Virus record (IMG/VR): IMGVR_UViG_3300029448_000025
Location: 653 to 64,652 of that record
From: a virus
Taxonomy: Duplodnaviria > Caudoviricetes
Length of the DNA: 64,000 bases
Strand: one strand, 5' to 3'
The notes below the pieces were generated by a model. It saw only the letters and a program-made list of their open reading frames with translations, was not told the origin of the DNA and did not search any database. Below are positions 21,173-30,400 of the stretch, one piece after another. Position numbers and translations under genes: made by a program. Positions within the stretch are counted from its first letter, which is position 1, and each line of letters opens with the position of its first letter.

Positions 21173-23397
21173 TTATCGAGAGGATGAATAAAAATGATGT
21201 CAATATCCGATACAGGGATGCAGACGGTAAAAGGCAGACTGCTACATACGGATGCAAACCCTTCTGTTTCATCGAAGAGTCAAGCATAGGTAAATTACAA
21301 CAACCTTTTGCCATCCTCCCTTCAAAACAAGAAACTGGACTTTACGGAGAAAGTTTGCGCAAAGTAGAGTTTGAGAATACGGAGGATTTGCGCAGTGCCG
21401 CAAAGAAAGTGCGCACATGGGAGTCAAACATTGCACACACCAACAGAGTTCTCGTTGAACGCAATGTCAATATCCCTATGTATGAACACCGGACATGGTT
21501 CTTCGATATGGAGTGGATGATGGATTCAGGACAAATCACCATCATAGTCATTCAGGATTCAGTAGATGGGGAGTATGTTTTATTCACGCACCCCGATTAT
21601 GAGGCGGGGTATTATGACATGATGCCCTGCGCAAACCACCCCGAAGGACACTCACACATATGGTCGGGAAAAAGAGATTTCAAGTGCTTCAACAGCGAAA
21701 AAGAGATGTTGCAGGACTTTGCCCGACTTATGCGTAGATGCGACCCTGATATACTGACGGGGTGGAATGTAGTCAATGCAGACTGCCAACAACTGTTCAA
21801 GCGATTCAAGGCAACGGGTCTTGACATACGCACATTATCCCCTCTGCGCAAAGTGCGTTATGACTTCGGGGAGTGGGCGCAACCAATCGCAGGGTATAAC
21901 ACCATAGACCTGATGATTTCTTTTAAGCAGTTATGGGCTTTGAAAAACGGGCAATTGCCTTCGATGGGCTTAGGCGCAGTTTCAGAGCATTGTCTCAAAG
22001 AAACAAAGGTCGAGTTGGCAGACGGCCATGACACTTACTTTAGCGACATCGGAACATACCTCGACTACGCAAGACAGGATGTGCGGTTGTTACCCCGCTT
22101 AGACTCACTGGTTGGCGCACTTGGTTATTTCACCGCTATTCAACATATTGCGCAGTGCGACATACGCACCACGCCATACATAACGAAGGTATTCCCCGTT
22201 CTCGCCCTGCGTGATGAAGAGTTTAAAGAGAAAATACCGAGCAAGCCTCAGTTTGAAAAGGTTGATTATCAGGGCGCAGATATTCAAGTGCCGGAGGCCG
22301 GAGTGTATAAAAACATAGGAATTATGGATATTAAGGCCATGTATCATTCAAATATCAAGAAGCATAACATTTGTTGGACTACACTTGATGGCGAAGGCGT
22401 AGATTGCGGGAATGGGGTCAAGTTTGCGCAGAGCAATGGTTTGCTCGGCAGACAGATGGATAAAATGACTGTTCTACGCAACAGATACAAAGCGTTGATG
22501 AAGTCTGCGGAAACAGAAAATGAGCGCAAAATGTATGACGCACTGCAATACGCCACTAAGTCTCTCGTTGCATCCATGTATGGCGTCGCCGGAGACTCAA
22601 AGTGCGGGTTTTATCACCCTGATATTGCCGCCGCTATCACTTTCACATCCCGACAGACACTTTTTGAATTGCGCAGTATTGCCAATGAATTAGGGTGCAA
22701 AGTCCGATACGGACACACCGACAGCATAATGTGCGACATCGAAAGCCCCGAAAAAGGATTGGAGTTTCTGCGCATAGTCAATGAGCGTATGCACCCCATC
22801 GAGACTGAGTTTGAAAAATGGTGCGACTCATTCCTGATTATGGCAAAGAATCGTTACGCCGCAAGTGTTTCATGGACTGAGGGCGAAGCCCACCCTGCGC
22901 AGATTTATGTCAAGGGCATTGAAATGAAACAGGGCAGACTACCAAAGTGTATGAAAAATGCGCTAAAGACCGTGATAGAAGGAATACTGCTCGATGAAGA
23001 CAGTGCGCAGATAACCTCTTCACTGGACTCCTTAGTTTCAAACATAGTCGATGGAGTTATCCCCGTAGATGAACTTTGCATCAAAGCAAAGTTGAATAAA
23101 AATCTAAGCGAATACAGAGTGTTGGGTGAAGCGAGAGCAGGTGCGCAGTGGGCGAACACACACTTAGGCAAAGGCTACCGAAAGGATGATTACTTTTTAA
23201 CCACGCTAAACGAGAATGGTGAATACATTGCCTTCGATGACCCAACCGAAGTTGAAGGTATTGCGCAGATTGGCTACCGTCATTTGGCAGAAAGATTCAT
23301 CGTTGATAAGGTCAAACCGTATTACTCAGTTATGGGTTGGGATATTATACGCTTAGAGAATGCTCTCAACGGTATTAGTAAAATAGATTGGATTTAG
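21169..23397 (+). CDS. polB: Family B DNA polymerase
   Basis: Exo I FDME, Exo II GWN...D, Exo III Y...DV; motifs DIKAMYHS, KSLVASMYG, YGHTDS, KNRY, KGIE. Confidence 0.93.
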   Translation: MIIERMNKNDVNIRYRDADGKRQTATYGCKPFCFIEESSIGKLQQPFAILPSKQETGLYGESLRKVEFENTEDLRSAAKKVRTWESNIAHTNRVLVERNVNIPMYEHRTWFFDMEWMMDSGQITIIVIQDSVDGEYVLFTHPDYEAGYYDMMPCANHPEGHSHIWSGKRDFKCFNSEKEMLQDFARLMRRCDPDILTGWNVVNADCQQLFKRFKATGLDIRTLSPLRKVRYDFGEWAQPIAGYNTIDLMISFKQLWALKNGQLPSMGLGAVSEHCLKETKVELADGHDTYFSDIGTYLDYARQDVRLLPRLDSLVGALGYFTAIQHIAQCDIRTTPYITKVFPVLALRDEEFKEKIPSKPQFEKVDYQGADIQVPEAGVYKNIGIMDIKAMYHSNIKKHNICWTTLDGEGVDCGNGVKFAQSNGLLGRQMDKMTVLRNRYKALMKSAETENERKMYDALQYATKSLVASMYGVAGDSKCGFYHPDIAAAITFTSRQTLFELRSIANELGCKVRYGHTDSIMCDIESPEKGLEFLRIVNERMHPIETEFEKWCDSFLIMAKNRYAASVSWTEGEAHPAQIYVKGIEMKQGRLPKCMKNALKTVIEGILLDEDSAQITSSLDSLVSNIVDGVIPVDELCIKAKLNKNLSEYRVLGEARAGAQWANTHLGKGYRKDDYFLTTLNENGEYIAFDDPTEVEGIAQIGYRHLAERFIVDKVKPYYSVMGWDIIRLENALNGISKIDWI

Positions 23398-23435
23398 ACA
23401 TTGGGTTTATATGGACTAAGAGAGAAGGGTTGTTT

Positions 23436-23717
23436 ATGGCAGAAAAGCGCAAATTGACTATGAAAGAGGCAGAAGCGAGAATCGAACAGGTCGAAACTGA
23501 ATTAGGAACTATCAACCAAATGTTGAGAGTTATTTTCGCAGAGGTTGATAAATGCAATATGGTTTTGATTCGGCTACTTGAAAAAATGGATTTGTTGCAT
23601 AAAGAAACATGCAAATCATGCGGGTTCGCTATTCAGACTCCGAAGTTTGACGACATCGAATTAGCAACCCATTGCCCTGCGTGCCAAGAACCACTAAACG
23701 ACGAAGAAGAAGAATGA
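23436..23717 (+). CDS. Coiled-coil plus Zn-ribbon protein
   Basis: CKSC...CPAC; TTTATA box at ~23406, apparently leaderless. Confidence 0.6.
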   Translation: MAEKRKLTMKEAEARIEQVETELGTINQMLRVIFAEVDKCNMVLIRLLEKMDLLHKETCKSCGFAIQTPKFDDIELATHCPACQEPLNDEEEE

Positions 23718-23726
23718 GGGGTTTTT

Positions 23727-24584
23727 ATGAAAGACCCGTCGAAAATGTCAATTGAAGAATTGAAATCCAACTCAAGTTATGACCCCACAGAAGAGGGAAA
23801 AATACTAAAGTTGAGTAAGTCTTCTTTTATGACATATTCAAAATGCCCTCGTCAATTTTGGATGCAGAAGGTTGTCCTCAAGGATTTGCGCACACCCGCT
23901 ACTCCTGAAATGGAGAGAGGAACTCGGATTCACACAGACCTTGAATTGATTTATGATAATTGGGAGGGTCAATCTACTCTCGGCCCACTCATCCCCGCAG
24001 AACGGCATGAAAGTGGCGTAGAAGAATTAGTTGCGCTTGAAGAACAGCGCATTAAGGAATGGGGAATCGAGAACTTTATGCCAGTGGAGTATGAAGAATA
24101 CCGAGCAGTATATGACGCAGAGCGAGATGTAGTGCTTGTCGGATTGATTGACGCAGTATTGGTTCATCCTGACGGTGGACTATGTATCTATGAGTTAAAG
24201 ACCGGAAACATGAACGCCAATAAACTTTCACGCACACGCAGAGAGTTATGCTATTACACGCATGTTCTGCGCCTAATGGGTGAAACTCGACCAATCACGC
24301 ACTTCGCATACCTTGCGCCCGACGCAGACAATCTCGACTTTGTTATGAAAATGGTGAATGATAAGAAAAGACAGGTAATGCTCGGTGAAGAAAAGGGAAT
24401 ACTCGTCGTTGAGAAGGTCAATACTCGCTCTATGACTGCTTTCTACAAAGCATTAGACAAAGCGATAGAAGGACTAAAAGCGCATGACAAACCTATGAAA
24501 TGGTCTGATTACTTCTGCCCTCAGTGGTGCGACTTTGCGCAACAATGCGAATCTGAATTAACAGGGTTGGTTGAAGAATGGTGA
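23727..24584 (+). CDS. Cas4-like PD-(D/E)xK exonuclease
   Basis: LSKSS..Y..CPRQF, GTRIH, GLIDAV, YELKTG and C-terminal CPQWC.....C (4-Cys Fe-S cluster). Confidence 0.85.
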   Translation: MKDPSKMSIEELKSNSSYDPTEEGKILKLSKSSFMTYSKCPRQFWMQKVVLKDLRTPATPEMERGTRIHTDLELIYDNWEGQSTLGPLIPAERHESGVEELVALEEQRIKEWGIENFMPVEYEEYRAVYDAERDVVLVGLIDAVLVHPDGGLCIYELKTGNMNANKLSRTRRELCYYTHVLRLMGETRPITHFAYLAPDADNLDFVMKMVNDKKRQVMLGEEKGILVVEKVNTRSMTAFYKALDKAIEGLKAHDKPMKWSDYFCPQWCDFAQQCESELTGLVEEW

Positions 24585-24687
24585 AGTGCTGTAAACCTTT
24601 AGCCCATAACCCGCAGTTTGAGGGTAAAGTCCACTGCAAACTCTGCGCCGCAGAAAAGGTTATTTTCGATTTGACGGGTGAAGAAGA

Positions 24688-25305
24688 ATGAAGCCCGAAT
24701 GGGTTTGGATGAAGGAAAAGGTTCAGAACCGCAACCTTTGTTTTATCTGCGGGGGTGAACTTATTTGGCAAAATGAGTTTACTCCCGAAGAATACGGTTA
24801 TGACATCGAGTATGAAGGGAGGGTTATATTCTTAAGTTGCGCAGAATGTGAGGCTAATGTGAAGTATGAATTGGTGGTGCGCTCTGATGAATGAAAAAGA
24901 GTATGAGCGTGCTTTAATCGAAGTCGAAAGCGTTTGCGCAGAAATATACATCGTTGCCAAAATGATGCAACCGAAAGACGCAATAGAGCATATACTAAGT
25001 ATTTTCGATAAGCGATATTCTGATGAGAAAGACGATTTTAATAACTTCTTAAACAAGTTGGGATGAGTGAATGATAATTTGTTTTGGTTGCGGCGAAGGA
25101 CTTGAAGTTTCAGACATTGATGAAGGATATTGCATATATTGCAGGAGGAAAATAGAATGATAATTTGCGCAGAATGCGACGGTGAAATGACTTTGAACAG
25201 TGAAGCGGGTGCGCCCATGATGTTGATAACAGGTGATGTCGAAACAGGCAACCGAAGGTATGCTTCATGTAAGGTATGTGGGCATCGGCAGGTTCTTAAG
25301 GACTG
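24688..25305 (+). CDS. Small Zn-ribbon/hypothetical ORFs (24688-24894, ~24887-25066, ~25156-25305)
   Basis: CFIC...CAEC and CAEC...CKVC motifs; GGAGG SD before the last ORF. Confidence 0.5.
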
Positions 25306-25322
25306 AACACTTCGCTTAAAAT

Positions 25323-26318
25323 ATGTTGGAGTTCCCTCGACAGATAGGGCTTAAGAGGTCTATTTGCAGAAGCAGAAGTGATTTTGCAAACTACATTAAA
25401 AGGTTGAACGGTAAAACCTCAATCTACACATCCCTCTATTCTTTCGATACTTTCGGAGAGTATGATTCCGCCGTCATGGATAGAGCATGGTGGGATTTTG
25501 ATATGAACGACGATTTCACTATGGATGATGTCAAGCATGATGTAGCGGCCCTAATACAGCGTTTAGAGGGGGATGTGAGGCTCGTTGCGACCGGCAGGGG
25601 GTTTCATATCCACCAATGCTTCAAACGCCCCGTAAGAGGCCGAGAATGGGCTATTCACCTCGACAGGTATGAGCGCGCTATGGCAGACGGCCTATCAAGT
25701 CTTGATGGAGTCGGCTACCCTGAAAAAATGACAAGGGTTTCAGGAACATACAATCCAAAGAGAAGGAAGTGGGCAGTTACTATTCCTGCGCAGGATTTTG
25801 CGAAAGACCCGTTCAATTACCGAATACCGGAAAGACCTTTACCGGAATATGACAGTATAGACCCGTTCAAAGGTATTATTCAGGAAAATGATTGCTTCGA
25901 TTTGGTTAAATGGGCGCATGAGAATCCAATTCCCTCAAGGAAAAGAACATATGAATCGAGTATCACTACCGTTTCAGTCGGCGCAAACACTGGCGAGTGC
26001 GCACTACCGACCTGCCTCGACAGAGCGATTAGAGTTTCTAATCCTCCACACCATGTTCGGGTGGCACTGGTTCAGGAGATGCGCAGACAATTGGCGTTCT
26101 ACGCAAAACCAACTCAACTATCCGATGAAGAAAATTATGAAATAACAGACAGCATATGCTCTTTCATAGAGGGCTTGGGTTGGTTGGACTATCGAGAGGG
26201 GATTACCCGCAAATATGTTCTTGGCGCAGTGCGCAAATATGAACATGCACCGAGTCCACTATGGTATGCTAAACATAATCTATGTAATGGTGAAGGGTGT
26301 TGGTTCTGTGCGCAGTGA
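25323..26318 (+). CDS. Archaeo-eukaryotic primase, PriS domain fused to PriL-like C-terminal domain
   Basis: WWDFD, TGRGFHIH, LD; C-terminal LPTCL...HHVRVALV...C....C..C. Confidence 0.85.
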   Translation: MLEFPRQIGLKRSICRSRSDFANYIKRLNGKTSIYTSLYSFDTFGEYDSAVMDRAWWDFDMNDDFTMDDVKHDVAALIQRLEGDVRLVATGRGFHIHQCFKRPVRGREWAIHLDRYERAMADGLSSLDGVGYPEKMTRVSGTYNPKRRKWAVTIPAQDFAKDPFNYRIPERPLPEYDSIDPFKGIIQENDCFDLVKWAHENPIPSRKRTYESSITTVSVGANTGECALPTCLDRAIRVSNPPHHVRVALVQEMRRQLAFYAKPTQLSDEENYEITDSICSFIEGLGWLDYREGITRKYVLGAVRKYEHAPSPLWYAKHNLCNGEGCWFCAQ

Positions 26319-26511
26319 AGAAGAGATAATAACGATGCTAAAAGAAGCGTCAAAGTTGAGAGACAGGTGGCTTCAAGTATTGACTGATAAGACATGGGCC
26401 GATGATTCGGAGATGCGCAGAGCGATACGCAATTATAACGCTTTGCGTGGAGTTATCAAGAGTCTGCGTTGGGCTTTGAGGCAACCAATGGCCGGAAACC
26501 CTCTTTATTGA
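26308..26511 (+). CDS. Small hypothetical protein
   Basis: RSEEEI...IKSLRWAL; overlaps the primase stop codon. Confidence 0.55.
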   Translation: MRSEEEIITMLKEASKLRDRWLQVLTDKTWADDSEMRRAIRNYNALRGVIKSLRWALRQPMAGNPLY

Positions 26512-26548
26512 ATCGTCATTTAAATAGAGGCGTGAAAACCGAGTCATC

Positions 26549-27247
26549 GTGATATACGCAGACGACAGGGAGAATGAGAAACTTCTGCATCGGCTGTATG
26601 TCAAAGTTGGCGACAGAAAGACCGACCCGAAGGGGCAATGCGTCGTTAAGAGACTGGCTACCGCAGATTACATAATCAATGAATACGGCATCGAAGCAAA
26701 GGAGATTAACGACCTTTACCGTAGCATTCTCGGCATCGGGCGCAACGGGCGCACTATCAAACATCAACTTTCAGAATTATGCGAAGCGGTCGAGATTCCC
26801 GTTCTCGCAGTTTACAATACTACTCTAAAGCCATATTTCAAAGGGCGCAAAGCAACTCGTCAGGAGGTTGCTAAAGAGATTCTGCGCCAACAAAGAATTA
26901 TCAAGTCTTTCAAAATGACTCTTTACTCGCAGTTTCCTAAAGTGCGGCTTATCGAGTTTAGCGATATGGCAGAGTTTGTCGAATGGCTCGCGATACTGAA
27001 TATGAATTGCTCTATGCGCAAAGCATTGACTCCTGCGCCCAAAGAAAAGCCAAGCGACCCCCGACTACTTGCTCTGATGGGTGTTCAGGGAATATCGGAG
27101 ACAATCGCAACCCAACTTCTCGACCAATACGGATGTCTGCAAAACATACTCAAAAGTAAAGTAAAGCAAAAAGACCTGATGAAAATTAAGGGCGTTGGTC
27201 GGACAACAGCACGCAGAATAAAACAACTATCGAAACGATGGGTTTAA
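26549..27247 (+). CDS. ERCC4/XPF-family nuclease with (HhH)2 domain
   Basis: IYADDRE, L.TADY, IEAKE..DL..S; GVQGISETIA and KIKGVGRTTA HhH motifs. Confidence 0.85.
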   Translation: MIYADDRENEKLLHRLYVKVGDRKTDPKGQCVVKRLATADYIINEYGIEAKEINDLYRSILGIGRNGRTIKHQLSELCEAVEIPVLAVYNTTLKPYFKGRKATRQEVAKEILRQQRIIKSFKMTLYSQFPKVRLIEFSDMAEFVEWLAILNMNCSMRKALTPAPKEKPSDPRLLALMGVQGISETIATQLLDQYGCLQNILKSKVKQKDLMKIKGVGRTTARRIKQLSKRWV

Positions 27248-27272
27248 TAGAGCGTTTGATACAGGGTAATTT

Positions 27273-27345
27273 GCGGGTGGCACTCGCGGCAATGGACTTT
27301 CTGTTTTCGGTCTTCGTTTCTCCCCTCCGGCGATGTGCCACTCGC
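27273..27345 (+). ncRNA. Candidate hairpin small RNA with pyrimidine-rich loop
   Basis: GCGGGTGGCAC-TCGC-GG pairs with CC-G-GCGA-T-GTGCCACTCGC around a 37 nt loop; TTTAATAG box at 27243. Confidence 0.55.
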
Positions 27346-27358
27346 CCAATTCAGTTAA

Positions 27359-27430
27359 GGGCTTGTAGTGTAGAGGAAGCACACCCTCTTTGGTTGAGGG
27401 AGGTCGGAGGTTCAAATCCTCTCAAGTCCA
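27359..27430 (+). tRNA. tRNA-Pro(UGG), CCA not encoded
   Basis: Acceptor GGGCTTG/CAAGTCC-A, D arm GTGT/GCAC, anticodon arm CCCTC-TTTGGTT-GAGGG, T arm GGAGG-TTCAAAT-CCTCT. Confidence 0.88.
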
Positions 27431-27435
27431 CTTTA

Positions 27436-30400
27436 TCAATAAGGCTTAAAGTTATCAGACTGCGCATTTGAATGAATACTGTTTCTGCGCATTTTAACCG
27501 ATGTGTTATGGATTACAAGCGATTGATAAGGCGCAGAATCGCCACTACGGGCCGGTGAACGAGATATTTCAATAACCAAAGTATTACCTGCTGTTTCTGC
27601 GCCGTCGAGGTTTTGCGTAGTCAGTAGTGTTGTTGATTCTCTCGATGTTCCCATAGCAACGGTAGTGTTTTGAGAGATGCTTTGCCCAGTTTCTTTACAA
27701 GTTATTGTAGTAGTGATAAGCGCAGAACCACCACTGCTAATAGTATCGAGTGTTAAAGCACCTTCAAGACCGACAATACCTGTGCTTATGTCATTCGGAA
27801 CTCGGACAGTCATAGAGTGAGTATGTATCTCTCCTTGTTCGCCTGATTCCGAGTCTGTGATGCCAGCGAGAACAAAACCTTCATTTGTCTTCATAGCAAC
27901 CCCTTCACCCGTAGAAAGGATGCTATCTATCCCGTCTATATCTCTATCAGAAGACAGTGCGACAGACGGCTTCTTTTGCCCTATGATACCCCAAGAACCC
28001 GCAGAAGCGTGCGTGTCGGAGGAAAAGGATGCTCGACCCTTGATTACACGCAAAGCCGCATTAGACATCATATTGACATCATAACCTTGATTGTTGTTTG
28101 TTTGACTTGAACCACCTCCGACTGTTGGGGGAGGTAGAGCAGGTCGGGGATTGACAGCATCTCCACCGCCCGAAGATGGAGGGATTGCGGGTGAGGGGTC
28201 GGGTGAGGCAGGTGGGCCTGATTCGGGTTTGGCCGGATTGTTTGCGCCGCCACTGATGACCTGCGCAAGAGAATACGCAAAGTGCCTCTCTGTTCTCTCA
28301 AGACCTAAAATTACTTTCTCAACTTGTTGTTCATCCTTACTCCAACCAACAGAGTTTATTGAAAGAGTTTGGGTTTCTAAATCAATATGCGTATCTGTAA
28401 ATGTGAGCGTGGTTGATGGCAAATAATTTATGTCTTTTACTATTGCTACGCGTGGCGCATAGTATGAGGCTCTTTCATTACCCATATGGCCGAATACCGG
28501 ATGTTGGCGCACGCCGAGAGGGAATGGTGAAGCAAGGTTAAATGAAGAATATGTAGATAGGCCGTCAATGTTATGCGCATTTATTGTAGAACCTGTTATT
28601 ATTTTGCGCACTAATGCACGCAAATACTCTACATTTACAGAAACAAAAAGTTTTTTGCTTGTATCTCCTTGATAAGAAGAAGGAATAGTAATTGGATAAT
28701 AACCATTGCCATTAACAAGAACACTACTGCTACCTGAAAGCGAACTAATGTCATTTTGCGGAGGTTTGTTTCCGGCATCCGGCGCTTCATCAAAAGTATA
28801 ATCAAGAAGCCAAACCCTAAACACTACATTATCTGCGGTAGAACCACTGTCAATTGTAATTGCTAATCTTAATTTATTTGTTGTTGTTGCGCTTACTAAA
28901 TTAGTTCCTTTATCAACATGAATAATGTTTAGTGCGTAAGAAAGACTGTTTGAACCATGCCATGAATAAGCAGAGTTATAGCCTCTTTCTATTCCTTCTG
29001 CAAAGTTCATTGTATAAGTTCCGGCGGTTCCTGTTCTACTGCCTAATCCTGATTGACAATATATACTTAATTGAGTGCTACCTGTGTTCGGTTCTAAAAA
29101 GTTCCAACCATCGGCAAGTGCTTTAGTTGCACCATACACCGGACTACCACCATTTTGCGCAAACTTAGCAGTGTGAACTCTATTTGGCGCACTACCCGAT
29201 TCGACTATATTTAAAAGCGAACTACCAGTTGAGACATCAACTCCAACTGAAACCGGCCCCCTAACTCTCGGTTCTACGCCTTTGCTTTGCAAAGTATCTG
29301 TTTGGAGTATTGCGCTGTGAAACTTGCCGAGGTTTCTACTATTTTCCGCAGGTTTGTTAAAAGTTGTTTGCGCACTTTCAAGTGCAGACTGAATGCCTGA
29401 AAACGGAGAACCGCCCCATATGTTGCACCAAGAAGCATTTGAATCAATATGCGCTTTAGTTCCTTGACGGAAAACATCTTGAACATACCCATACCTTGCG
29501 CCGTAAAGCATAATATCGCTTTCGCCAGCCGCCCTTACCATCTGCGCAGTAATAGAAACTCTTGCGGTATTTTCACGCGCATATTCTTGTTTAGCAATAG
29601 ATAACGCTTCATCGGCAGAAAAAATCTTTGGTTGTTGCAAAATACGCCATCGAGTTACTTCGCCTGAAACGGCTTCGGGATAGTCTGCGTAGTTTGTATT
29701 ACCGTTGTAAAATACTCTAATGTTTGTTGCCTGAGAGCCAATCTGCGTGTTAAGAGAACTCATTAACATATTACTGCGGGTAAGGGTATGACCCGAAGCA
29801 TAGGATGGCCTAAAGGTAAGCATGTTGTCTCGATTTACGCTCCATGTAAATGTTTTTGTATTACCGCCAATACCTGAACCTTCTTTATCGCTCATTTGGT
29901 TTAAAAGGTTAAGAACGGTAGTTGCTTTTGCGTCAATTATTGAACCGAATGAATCAGTATCGCTACCCGAAGCCGCTAATTGAGTTATAGTCATGTTTTT
30001 TGTATTAGGAACTCCACCAAAATTATACATTAAAGGTAGTGCGCTGTTTTTAGCCCAAGTATCGGCAGTTAAAAGATTAAAAATAGTGCGCAGTTTATCG
30101 TGCGCAAAAAATGTTCCTGAGTTTGCAGAAGGAATATACCCTTGTAGATTTGTCATTAAGCGCAAAGAAAATAATGCGGCAGTAGTATTGTAAACAATTG
30201 CACTTTTAAAAACACCTGCGCCGTCTGTGCCGACTAAATCAATAACTGCGTTTGAACCTGTTGCGCCACCTGCGACATCGGCTTTTAACAAAACTTCAAG
30301 GGATTTAGGCCCGATAAGGTTTCCATTAGGATATGAAGTAATATACACGCCTGTTAATTTATCACCCTTTGTTGCATCCACGCCTTTGCCAGTCCATGAA

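Noticed and set aside
21169-23397. Inactive polymerase or intein-containing PolB
   Set aside because: Both catalytic Asp residues and the exonuclease motifs are present; normal length with no intein signatures.
23727-24584. CRISPR-Cas adaptation gene cas4
   Set aside because: Standalone Cas4-like nucleases are common in archaeal virus replication modules; no cas1 or cas2.
27359-27430. tRNA as a prophage attachment site
   Set aside because: No integrase recognised, and both flanks are viral genes.
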